Source: Phoronis australis (taxonomy: Eukaryota > Animalia > Phoronida). From it: a DNA stretch of 64,000 bases. Each line of letters begins with the position of its first letter. The first letter of the stretch is position 1. Positions 1 to 11,200 of this stretch are shown here, in pieces. Where the stretch lies: contig NMRA01000260.1 of the NCBI GenBank assembly GCA_002633005.1, positions 75,821 to 139,820 on the forward strand. The letters run 5' to 3'. The notes below the pieces were generated by a model, which saw only the letters and a list, made by a program, of their open reading frames with translations, was not told where the DNA came from and did no database searches. The translations under genes were made by a program, and so were the position numbers.

Positions 1-1862
1 GGGGTTGGGGTTGGGGTTGGGGTTGGGTTTGGGGTTGGGCTTAGGCTTGGGATTTGGGTTGGGGTTGGGCTTGGGCTTGGGTTTGGGCTTAGGCTTGGGT
101 TAGGCTTAGGGTTAGGGTTAGGGTTAGGGTTAGGGTTAGGTTAGGGTTAGGTTTAGGGTTAGAGTGAGCTTTAGGTTCAGGGTCAGGGTCAAGGTCAGTT
201 TCAGGGTCAGGTTCAGGGTTAGGGTCAAGGTGTGCTTTAGGGTTAGGGTTAGGTTTAGGGTATGTTTTAAAGTTAGCGTTAGGGTTAAAGTTATGGTTAG
301 GGTTAGTTTAATGGTTAGGGTTAGGGTTAGGGTTAGGTTTAGGGTTAGGGTTATGGTTAGGGTTGGGGTTAGGGTTAGTTTTAATTTTAGTGTTTAGGTT
401 AGAGTTATGGTTTGAGTTAGGGTGATAGGGTTAGTTTTAAGGTTAGCGTTAGGGTTCCAGTTATGGTTAGGTTTAGGGTTAAGGTTAGGGTTAGTGTTAG
501 GGTTAGGGCTGTTGTCTGGTTAGGGTTAGGGTTAGTGTTAGTTTTAAGGTTAGCCTTAGGTTTCGAGTTATGGTTAGGGTTAGGGTTAGGGTTGGGGTTG
601 TTTTTGGGGTTGGGGTTGGGGTTGGGGTTGGGCTTGGGTTTGGCGTTGGGGTTGGGGTTCGGGTTGGCGTTGGGTTTGGGGTTGGGCTTGGGCTTGCGGT
701 TTGGGGCTAGAGCTAGGTCTAGGGCTAGGGCCAGGTCTGGGGTTAGTGTTAGGGTTAGTTTATGGTTAGTTTTAATGTTATTGTTAAGGTAAGAGTTATG
801 GTTAGGGTTAGGGTTAGGGTTAGGGTTAGCGTTTGGCTTAGGGTTAGGTTTAGGGTTAGGATTAGCGTTAGGGTTAGGGTTAGGGTTAGGGTTAGGGTTA
901 GGGTTAGGGTTAGGTTGAAGGTTAGCGTTTGGGTTAGAGTTATTGTTAGGGTTAGGTTTAGCGTTAGGGTTAGGGTTAGGGTTAGGGTTAGGGTTAGGGT
1001 TAGGGTTAGGGTTAGGGTTAGGGTTAGGGTTAGGGTTAGGGTTAGGGTTAGGGTTAGGGTTAGGGTTAGGGTTAGGGTTAGGGTTAGGGTTAGGGTTAGG
1101 GTTAGGGTTAGGGTTAGGGTTAGGGTTAGGGTTAGGGTTAGGGTTAGGGTTAGGGTTAGGGTTAGGGTTAGGGTTAGGGTTAGGGTTAGGGTTAGGGTTA
1201 GGGTTAGGGTTAGGGTTAGGGTTAGGGTTAGGGTTAGGGTTAGGGTTAGGGTTAGGGTTAGGGTTAGGGTTAGGGTTAGGNNNNNNNNNNNNNNNNNNNN
1301 NNNNNNNNNNNNNNNNNNNNNNNNNNNNNNNNNNNNNNNNNNNNNNNNNNNNNNNNNNNNNNNNNNNNNNNNNNNNNNNNNNNNNNNNNNNNNNNNNNNN
1401 NNNNNNNNNNNNNNNNNNNNNNNNNNNNNNNNNNNNNNNNNNNNNNNNNNNNNNNNNNNNNNNNNNNNNNNNNNNNNNNNNNNNNNNNNNNNNNNNNNNN
1501 NNNNNNNNNNNNNNNNNNNNNNNNNNNNNNNNNNNNNNNNNNNNNNNNNNNNNNNNNNNNNNNNNNNNNNNNNNNNNNNNNNNNNNNNNNNNNNNNNNNN
1601 NNNNNNNNNNNNNNNNNNNNNNNNNNNNNNNNNNNNNNNNNNNNNNNNNNNNNNNNNNNNNNNNNNNNNNNNNNNNNNNNNNNNNNNNNNNNNNNNNNNN
1701 NNNNNNNNGGTTTGAGTTGGATTTTGGGTTAAGTTTAGGGTTAGAGTTAGGGATAGTGTTAGGGTTAGGGTTAGGGTTAGGGTTAGGGTTAGGGTTAGTG
1801 TTAGTGTTAGTGTTAGGGTTGGGGTTGGGGTTGGGGTTGGGGTTGGGCATTGGGTTAGGGTT
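1..1862 (+). repeat. Telomere-type (TTAGGG)n array with variant-repeat blocks, interrupted by an assembly gap
   Basis: Degenerate blocks (TTGGGG, CTTGGG, TTAGGC, TCAGGG, TTAGTG) at 1-~962, pure TTAGGG at ~963-1280, N gap at 1281-1708, degenerate TTAGGG/TTGGGG again at 1709-~1862. Confidence 0.97.
1281..1708. other. Assembly gap (N run)
   Basis: 428 N. Confidence 1.
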
Positions 1863-2180
1863 ACTTTAGCGTTCATACGGTCAGTTCTTTCCCGAAGCCT
1901 GAGATCACTTCTAAACTGGCTACAAACAAGATAAGAACAATTTTATAACAGTGAGATGTCTAAATCGAAAGCACATGTTAATGCACCTTTCAATGCTATC
2001 AATGCCTTCCATTTCTTGTACTGATTAATTTTTGCATGAATTGTTACATTTCACTCCAGTTCTTCCGCAAACCGAGCAAGTTCTATAATCGATTGAATAA
2101 TTCTGTATGAACAAGGATTGAATTTTTGTTGCGTATGTTTATCAGCACACACACGAACAGTGTGACCATAACATGTCTAT

Positions 2181-2480
2181 CAGCGGCGGATTTAGGCCAA
2201 GGGGATTCCCCCCCTCAATTTCTACCAGATACCTTTTGCAGTGCGGGTGTGAATTGCTAACAAGCACATGCGCGCAACCAGGGGGGTCGGGGGGGTGAAT
2301 AAACAATGCATAGACCCTGAACAAACCCCGTTTACCTTTTTTTTAGTCAAAAGGTCGGCAAACCCAAAAATTCGAGACATCCTGCATCCCTCCAGTTTAG
2401 GCTGGGCTTGCGCATCTGCCGAAATTCTGGTGATTCCTGTGCCCTGGCCCCCCTAACTCCAACTCGTGGATCCGCCCCTG
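2181..2480. mobile_element. MITE with CAGNGGCGGAT...ATCCGCCCCTG termini
   Basis: Terminal inverted repeats cagcggcggat / atccgcccctg, flanked on both sides by TCTAT (5-bp duplication), with G/C-run internal motifs. Confidence 0.7.
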
Positions 2481-3351
2481 TCTATGAGTGTGACCGTCTG
2501 ACACTTAGTATCGCTTGGTCTTAGCATGCTGCACGTGCACTAGGCGTTGTTATGGAGAGATGATGTTTCCGTATACCCAGGAACACAAAAACATTGCATG
2601 AAGGCCACGTTCCACACTTAAGTTCACCAATAACCCGACTGATTTTGTTACAATGGACGTATGAAGTTATATGTTCCGTGACAATAGGTGTGTGTCATTT
2701 TGTTGCCATGAGATGCCAATGTTACTTTTTCTGATTATTGTTCTGCAATTACACAATAGTCTACCCACAAAAATCAATTGACTTCACAGGTTGTAGGACA
2801 TTGATGGTATCAGTGATCTATGATGAATGCTGAAATGCGAAAAGCTATCGTGCTACACCGAACAGCAAAGTCCGCTATTTGAGTTTTACCAGTCTGAAAT
2901 AACGTCTAACTTGAAGGAATTTGTGTTTTGGTGAATATTGGCGGTTCCTGCCTCCAGATGCTGGGCACTAACAACTTGGTCTGAGTATTTTGAAACAGCG
3001 TCGGCAGTTCTAGGGAACCCGTAACGACACCCTTTAAATGCCCCTTTCTTTATGCATGACTCCTAATATAGCTTTGTCATGGACGACAGTGAATTTTCAC
3101 TCTATCCGATAGACAAAATTATATCTGAAGTTTCATCACGAAGTTCGCTAGGCCTACTCATTCTGAGTGGCACTGTTCCCCGCGCGGATTTTCTGGCCAT
3201 TCCACTCTATATTGGCCGGTTTTCTTACACTACTGTTATAACTCCTCAGTGAAGAATGATTTTGGTAGTAGATTTTTGAAGTGAAATTCATAGAAATTCT
3301 CCCTACGAATTTATGAATCCACAACGGTCTAATTTTCGCAACGTCCCGTAC

Positions 3352-3490
3352 AAAAATGAACTTAAGTTTTCATCGAAAAACTTAAGTTTTTGGTCTGAAA
3401 AACTTAAGTTTTCATTCACGAAAACATAAGTTTTTGGCGAAAACTTAAGTATTTTGGAACAAGTTTTTTGGAACGAACTTCAGTTTTCAT
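3352..3490. repeat. Array of palindromic AAAACTTAAGTTTT units
   Basis: CTTAAG cores at 3361, 3381, 3403, 3444, with degenerate copies at 3425 and 3478. Confidence 0.8.
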
Positions 3491-3559
3491 AACTTTTCAG
3501 CATGAAATTCCAAACTAAGCATAGGCCGGAATAAATCATCCGTTTTGCTTAATGATATT

Positions 3560-3826
3560 TTGATGTTCGACATTCGGCTGACTGGGGCGCGGAACGCACC
3601 CGGGATAACGGCGGCCCGGTTGACTCAGTGGAGTGAACTGACAGTCGTCGATAACCGGCCGCCCACGGTTAGTCACTCCGGCACTGACGGAAATGAGCGA
3701 ATGGTGTCGGAATTTTCCGATGATTTCATCACATCCGGGAATTCTGCGCGACAAGAAGTGCGCAGAAACAGTATTTCCCAGTCGACAAGATTTGGAAGTG
3801 AACTTTTTACGGAGTTCGTACGTTTT
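3560..3826 (+). promoter_or_regulatory. Probable CNOT4 promoter and non-coding first exon
   Basis: CpG-rich patch ending in a strong donor GTAAGT at 3827-3832. The CNOT4 start-codon exon has an upstream acceptor (AG 8198-8199), so a 5' UTR exon must exist. TSS not determinable. Confidence 0.4.
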
Positions 3827-4549
3827 GTAAGTAAATTTAAGAGTTGGCTGTACTCACCACACCATATAGATTGCTGTAGATATTAAATACATTCTTGTCG
3901 TTTCAATTATTAAACATTTGTGACCGCTCAGTTTTGTTAAAGACTCTATTTCTCTCAAAACAGACCCAGACTATTCGCCTTTCGGACACTGTTCAATATT
4001 TTTTATTCATTATCAATCAATGGTATTTTCGGTGTAATAGTGAATTTATTATGTCAGAGCTGTAATTTTTATTTCCCTAATACTCAGAAAACAAGCCTGC
4101 GCTGGCTTTAATGTCAATGTACCTGGCCTGAGTCTGATCAGGTGAGGTTATGAGAATGACAACTGTCGCCTTCCGAGCTTCATTTCACTGATTTCAGTGA
4201 GGCGGTTGCGCATCCTAATCAATCCTTTACCCCATAGACAACCTGTGTGTAAATTACTGTTACAGACATACTGAAGAAGGTAATTACCAGTCGCAAATCG
4301 AAATTTTGCCTATGGTAGTTGCAAGGCCTGATCTAAAATGCTATACCGGGTGGCGAGTGCTAACCAACAGGTATAACGTGCCCATTTAGAACCTTCCTGG
4401 CAGTATGTATACAATAAAATTAAATGGCGAAGTATAGCTCTACTGAACTACGACCACCATTTTACGCTCGCCTTTTTGAGAAATCAAGAACATTTGAGAA
4501 GATATAGACACCGGTGCCCTAAAGTACTGAATATAAGCATAAAAAGCAG

Positions 4550-4800
4550 TAGGCAATGACCATCGCCTCTGTTGGCCCGAACCAGAGGCGATGCAGAGGC
4601 TATAGGTGCTCTGTACTCCGGAAGCTTTTCGGCGAATTATGCCTCGCACCGACTAAACCATCAAATTCACGTTGTTATAAATACCTTTTGCGTTTAGTCG
4701 GTGCGACGCATAATTCGCCGAAAAGCTTCCGGCGTACAGAGCGCCTATAGCCTCTGCATCGCCTCTGGTTCGGGCCAACAGAGGCGATGGTCATTGCCTA
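4550..4800. mobile_element. Foldback MITE, Mutator(MULE)-like
   Basis: 109-bp inverted arms (4550-4658 / 4692-4800, 3 mismatches), 33-bp spacer, exact 9-bp flanking duplication AAAAAGCAG (4541-4549 / 4801-4809). Confidence 0.88.
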
Positions 4801-7781
4801 AAAAAGCAGCTGATTGTCATACTACCCAATGTCCGTTAGCAACTGCTCATTTGATATCATGGCCATATATCAGCCTTCACAAAATATATGTGTTTTGGCA
4901 ATCTTAACCCTTTGCTTGTTTCCGTAAGCAGAGTTTTGAAACGGTCGGTCATATCGCTGGCCATTTTAAATGAGGCCCTAAAGTCGTGACCTTTTCGTTT
5001 AGACGGAAATGCACGAAGTAAGGCCACACAAATCAACTACAGGGCTTATAGTTACTCTAGACAACATAAAAATGCATTGCATTGTTTATTAATTCAGTTT
5101 AAATTGAAATAAAATGTTAAGAACCCGGGTTCATTTATTGCTTTGTCCTTACAAAACTTGATGGACCCTGGGACATTTTGATACATTGTTCAAGCTACCC
5201 TTGGAGCGCATGTTTGAGCAAATCTGAATGATGTATATTTTCGAAAATATATTCTGAAAGTGCCCAAACAAGTGGATTAGTGAAATGTGCTGTTTTTAAG
5301 ATACATTTGAAAAAGGAATCCACTCACTCACTGTTTATTATAATATTGTGAATATCAAAATGTTCGGGTGTTCGTTTGACATTTGTAAGCAGAGGAACGC
5401 TGGAAACTTCAACGCTAGATGTCGTGGCACCGCGCAGAAGAAGAAATAAGATCGTTTACGACTTTAGGGCACTCATGACTTTAGGACCTCTGGCGGTACA
5501 ACAAATCAGGTTTGCCTGCCAAGCATTTTCCCAGGATCAATTATATCTGTCAGTGAATCCACGTTTTCTTGTAGGAAATGTATTGTCCTCTCAGAAAACT
5601 TTTCTAGGTCGCGAACATATTTTCAAGCTTACGGACATTTTTTCAAGCTTGCGGATACTCTGCTTGAGACATGCACGGTTTAGTCTGACTCCAGCACTAC
5701 TGGCTACACTCTACCAATATCGTTAGATGTGACGTATTATAATTAGCGGCTTCAACTGTGATGACAAAAATCATCTTTTAAACTTTGATTCCCTTTAGAT
5801 TTAGATGAGTTCAATCCCCACTACTCCCCCTTCCCACCCGCTACAACCCCCACTCCCTAGACCCCTCTCCTTATCCGCTGATTGCATGAACAACGATATG
5901 GCTGGCGGTCACAAATATATGCATTCACCTTCACACTAACTTCTTCGCCATTTTGCCGAATGACATGACTTTTAACGTCAAAGTCTTGCATTTCCTCTCG
6001 ACAGGGGATCATATGCTGTCCTCTCGAGAGAACATGTTTTCCACGAGAGGACAATATATGTAGTCTCAAGGAATTGAAAGTTTTAAACGGACATGTTATA
6101 TCTTACTATTACCAACCAACGCAGAAACATCGGGTGATGAAATAAGTCAGCTGTACATGTGGAAATATCTACACTATACAGAAAAATGTTGTGTTCCCAC
6201 ACCATTTTATCAAAAATACTTTTGCAATAAAGTTTATGTCGTAGTTGAGAAAGCCCACTAAGCTAATTTTTAATGGGTAATTCTTCGAAATGGTAGCTGC
6301 GAATCAGCAATGCCCATTATTCAGTGAAAACTGGTTCCCTGCAACCATTTTGAAGAGGGACTCGTGTACTCAATGCTTGTTGTTTTTACTTAATCATGTA
6401 TGCTATTTGGAAACAAGGGTAGCTTTCAATGGTTTCTTGTGAGCAATTTCTGGAACGGCTGCTAATTTCGTTGGTGATATAAATGCTGTCTTTAATTTCT
6501 ATTGTCTGCCACCTAGACATATGTCTAAAGAAGAGGAATCGCAAAGTTAAAAACAAACTGTTTGAACATTTATTGGTAAAAAATTTGCATATTAAAATGT
6601 TAGTTTGTTTATCTGATACGAAGGAGAGTTTCGATTTTTTTATGCAAATACATCAAATAAAAACTTTAAAACAAATATGTGTAAATGCCATTCGAATGTT
6701 TAATATTGACAAGAGGTGACTTACAAGAGCCAAGCTCATATCAGATGAAAAAGTACAAACCTATTCACCCTTTTTAAGACTGAGTGTAGTTGATTTATCT
6801 GTGTGGCACTCGGATAAACACTAATCAGAAAACATTCTATCACTTCTTGTTTTTGAACCTGATTTTCAGTCTGTGTACCTGCTTTTCTTTTTCAAAGTCG
6901 TGTTATTGGTTTGTTGGTTACTAAAGTTTAGGGTGATTTAGGACTGTTCGTTATCTTTTGAAAAGCTCATTAGTCACATGATTATAGACTTAGGTCTTGT
7001 AGCAGCATGTATTTTAAATCGTTAAAGAAGCATCATTGATATACATCTTGTTCTGAGATAGCATTACATAGCATTTAGCTGAAAAGTTGAAAGTCTTATG
7101 ACAAACCACCGTATGGCATGAGTTGTTCTTCATGTGTACAGCTGTACAATTGAACACATTACTTCTCAAGGCAAACAACTGATGCAGTTTCAGGATTGTC
7201 AATGACCGTACTCGAATTCTGATATGGTGAATTTGTCTAAAGTCTCTAAATCATCACATGTTGGTGACAGTCCTTGTGTCAGGTCAGTTCATGGTAGTGA
7301 CCTAGTCATGTTCTCTGGCTCTCAAGCCATCTACTTGTGTCTGAGAACTAGTTTTTAAGGATGTGTAGTGCCTTACCGACTAGTCTGTATAGTTCACCAA
7401 ATATCTACTCAACTATAGATTTTAATTCAGTTACTAGTAAAGCATATATGAAAGTACTTAGAAAGCCTATAGAATTTAGTGTCTGACTTTATTCCATTAT
7501 ACCTTTACTTGAGTCACATGACCCTTTTTGCAAAATAAAGAAGGAAAAGAAAGGTAAATCGATAGCAAAATTCAATAATACAGGTAACTTTTTTTTATAA
7601 ATATTCAAGATGGAATCTCAAAAACGCTGTTGCAGTCATTTCGTGTTATGCAACTTTTGATTTTTTGAAAGCCCGTCATGCAAAAAAGGAACGTTTTAAA
7701 AGCAATTCCTAACAGTGTTTTAGAAAAAATGCATGGTATCTGAGTGTTGCATATGAATCTCATCAGCCAGGCTTTGGATTT

Positions 7782-8135
7782 TGTAGGGTCCTACAGTATC
7801 TTAAGGTGCGTGTTGTAGGGTCCTACAGTATCTTGAAGTGCGTGTTATAGGTTCCTACAGTATCTTAAGGTGTGTGATGTAGGGTCCTACAGTATCTTGA
7901 GGTGCGTGTTGTAGGGTCCTATAGTATCTTAAGGTGTGTGTTGTAGGGTCCTACAATATCTTGAGGTGTGTGTTGTAGGGTCCTATAGTATCTTGAGGTG
8001 CGTGTTGTAGGGTCCTACAGTATCTTGAGGTGTGTGTTGTAGGGTCCTACAGTATCTTAAGGTGTGTGTTGTAGGGTCCTACAGTATCTTGAGGTGTGTG
8101 TTGTAGGGTCCTACAGTATCTTGAGGTGCGTGTTG
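7782..8135. repeat. 32-bp minisatellite, ~11 copies
   Basis: Unit TGTAGGGTCCTACAGTATCTT(A/G)AGGTG(C/T)GTGT with an internal palindrome TGTAGG-gt-CCTACA. Confidence 0.95.
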
Positions 8136-8246
8136 AGTTTGGTTAGTTCCTGTTAATTGACAGGTATGCCTTTTAATTATTACATTTTTGTGTTTTCAGC
8201 GAGTTCTTCAAGCGTTCTTGCTTTTTCTAAGCTGAGATTAAATACA

Positions 8247-8273
8247 ATGTCTGTTGGCGATGAAATTGTTGAG
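8247..8273 (+). CDS. CNOT4: CNOT4 coding exon 1 (MSVGDEIVE); exon starts at 8200
   Basis: ttttcag acceptor, ATG at 8247, donor gtatgt; joins in phase 0 to CPLC. Confidence 0.85.
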
Positions 8274-11200
8274 GTATGTGTTTTTATTTTGTAAGTGTTG
8301 CATCCATAATTCTCATTGTGGTTTTCGTACTGCATCTGTTGACTAGCATCTGTTTTTGTTTTTGACAAAATGATTATTTGTTCTGAATCATATTCAAGTA
8401 TTTAGAACTTCACACACCTTTATACAATTTAGTTACAACAGCTTGTGAAAAAGTAACTGGAAGAGCCCTAATTTGTGAAATTCTAACTACGACTGGGCTC
8501 CATTCTTGGCATAACGTTAACTCGTCAAATGCGACCTGACGGAATTCTCAGGTCGTCAAAACAGGCAAAATTCGTATGGGGGTTTGGTAAAGCCTGGGCC
8601 CCTAAAACAGACACATAGTTGGGAAGAGCCATAAATTAAATAAATGTCATACCTGAAATTGCAAAAACTGTGTCTTCCAGTGTACCCAAGATCTGCAGGA
8701 CAGAATTTTTTGTTATTTAGTCGGATCAGAAAGTTAGGAACTTGTCTCACATGCCTTTTCGGATGGTTCACGCAGGTTCACAGAAGCAGACGTTCGTCAC
8801 ACGTTACCTGTGCCCGACTCACAAGTGGTCCCTTCCGATTTCTACCAAACGATTCAGACTTCTTTCGTAGTATTATAAATGATTGAGTGCCCATATGTAT
8901 GCGTGGCAACTTCATGGCATCCTGGGATTTCTGTCAGGTCAACAAACAAAATCTGAGGTCGCCAATTACATTTTCCACAGGGAACCCGTTTCCAGTCTAG
9001 TTTGAAAGTTGTCATTGTGCCAAGTCCACCCTGTGACATTGCTGTTGTTGCTTAAAATGGAATTTTTCCTTTTTGAATGCATTTTTTGTCAATTCAACAA
9101 GTTCTGAAAATATCAGCTGGTCGGAGTGAGCTGTGTTCTCTCCCTTTTTCGTTCCAAATAACTGTGCTCAGTGGCTGAGACCTACACTGATTGTCAATCT
9201 TGGCTGGAGTATAATAACAATTTGCCATTTGATTTAAGGCTAAGTTTGCCAGAGACGAATAATAAAACTAATACAATGGGCACACAGCCTTTGTATCATT
9301 TGTGTAACTTGATCGCAGCGTCACACGTGCAATTCTGGCGAACCATGGCTCGGTTTGGCGACCTACAGAGGCTTGTTTAATGAAAAGGGACTTAGACAGA
9401 AATTTGTTCTTGTGCTTCTCATAACTATTTCTGAAAAATAGTTAATACCCACTTTAGCAAAGGAACAAAGTAACTGAGAATATAACCATAATTGTTACTT
9501 AATGAGAGGATGTGTACAAGTTATTATGTGACAATGATGTGACAATATTATATGAGTAAACCTTTATTTGTCATGTGGGAGCATGGAACCCTAATTTCTG
9601 TCATAAGTGGAACAGAACTCATGTAAAAATCCCAAGCCGCCACAAAGTTGCCATGCCATATCGTAGCACGCTAGATCAAAATACTAAAGGAAGCAAACAG
9701 ACAGATGTAAGGAAGGAACTGATTGCGTTGGTCTACCTCTGGAGATGAGTCTGTGTACAAGATATTGGGCCCGAGAGGGAAAAAATAGAAACTTTCCATT
9801 GGAGCAAAAGAAAAAAAATGGCCAAGGAGTTTTGGTGACCTCAGTTCCTGTTTGGAGATCTGGTAACTTTACCAGGTTGCATTTGGGGAGTTGACATTAT
9901 GCTAATTGTCGAGCCCTGAGAACTTGTTTTTAAATTTCCTACCAATAACAGAAATTCAGGAAAAGTTACCAACACCTTTTGCAGTATGTAAAATGTGCCA
10001 AAATGTCAAAAAAATGCTTGTAATTCCCGTGTAATATGTATCTTTCTCAATCACTTTGTTTCAGTGCCCTCTGTGTATGGAACAGTTGGAGATGGACGAC
10101 CTTAACTTTTTTCCATGCACATGTGGTTACCAGGTTGGTAAATAATTGTTGCCTAAGTTGTTCAATATGTCATTGGGCCAGTGTTTTTACTTAGTGCTAC
10201 TCTGCATAAGCGCAGTTACTTGTACTGGTGTTCCCCTGTATCGTGGGCTTGAGGTAAAATCTACCCTTTTGACAGTAAAATTTTTAGACGCTTTCGCTAT
10301 TTTACGGAAGGAAGTACCAGACAGGAACTGCAAGGCATTCTTTCTAAGTCGTACAGTAATTGCCAGCACACAGCTATGTTGCCTTTGAGCTGGTGCACCT
10401 TCCCCAGTTTTGACCAATATGCAGAATTTTCTAAATTATTGTGCTGGTACACCCTCCAATGTCTTGTCATGAAAATCCAGTTTGTCGTCAACAGTACTTT
10501 GCTGAAGTGAAAATGAATACAAGGTTAGTCTGTGACATGAAGGGCCAGAATGACTACCAGTCTTGTTTTCTTTCCCAGAAAATTGGGATTATAAATTGTT
10601 GCCAAACACCTTAATAAGTTAAGTGCTACAACTACTAAGTGTATTGTGAATGTGGCTTCATCCATTGCCCATTTTGTTCGTAGATATGCCGATTTTGTTG
10701 GCATCGCATTCGCACGGACGAGAATGGCCTTTGCCCAGCTTGCAGAAAGCAATACAGTGAAGACCCTGCTGAGTTTAAGCCCCTTACAGATGATGAGTAA
10801 GTTAACATTTGTGTTATAGACAGTGGTATGGGAAGTTTGGGAACAGTGTTGTACTTACCTACGATCTTTTAGAAGCGAACTGATAACATAACCAACTTTT
10901 TGTGCTACACATACATTTTTTTCCACCTTTTGCTAAGTTTTTGGATTTAAGGAAAATAAAACGTACATGTTTATATGAAAACAAGGATGGTTCCTTGAAG
11001 TTATTTTAACCAATTTTCGAAGTATCTTTTTTCCAGCAAGAAGACAAATAAATTTCTTTAATGTTATATGAAAATCAAAATTTGATACAGAATGGGTGGG
11101 TTTTGGTGTCAAACTTTGAATATCTGATGAATGATGGAAGATAGCCCTGTAATAATTTTGAACTTTTACAAAATTGAAATGGTTTCTAATCCATTTGACC

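Noticed and set aside
164-1876. Long ORFs (PNPN, LTLT, RVRV, GLGL repeats)
   Set aside because: Translations of telomeric hexamers and N runs; not genes
3352-3490. CRISPR-like palindromic repeats with spacers
   Set aside because: Spacers are only ~5-8 bp, no cas genes, eukaryotic context
7782-8135. CRISPR-sized 32-bp palindromic repeats
   Set aside because: Units are directly tandem with no unique spacers; ordinary minisatellite
8164-8175. GTATGCCTTT resembling a U12 donor
   Set aside because: Does not match GTATCCTT; all modelled introns are ordinary U2-type GT-AG
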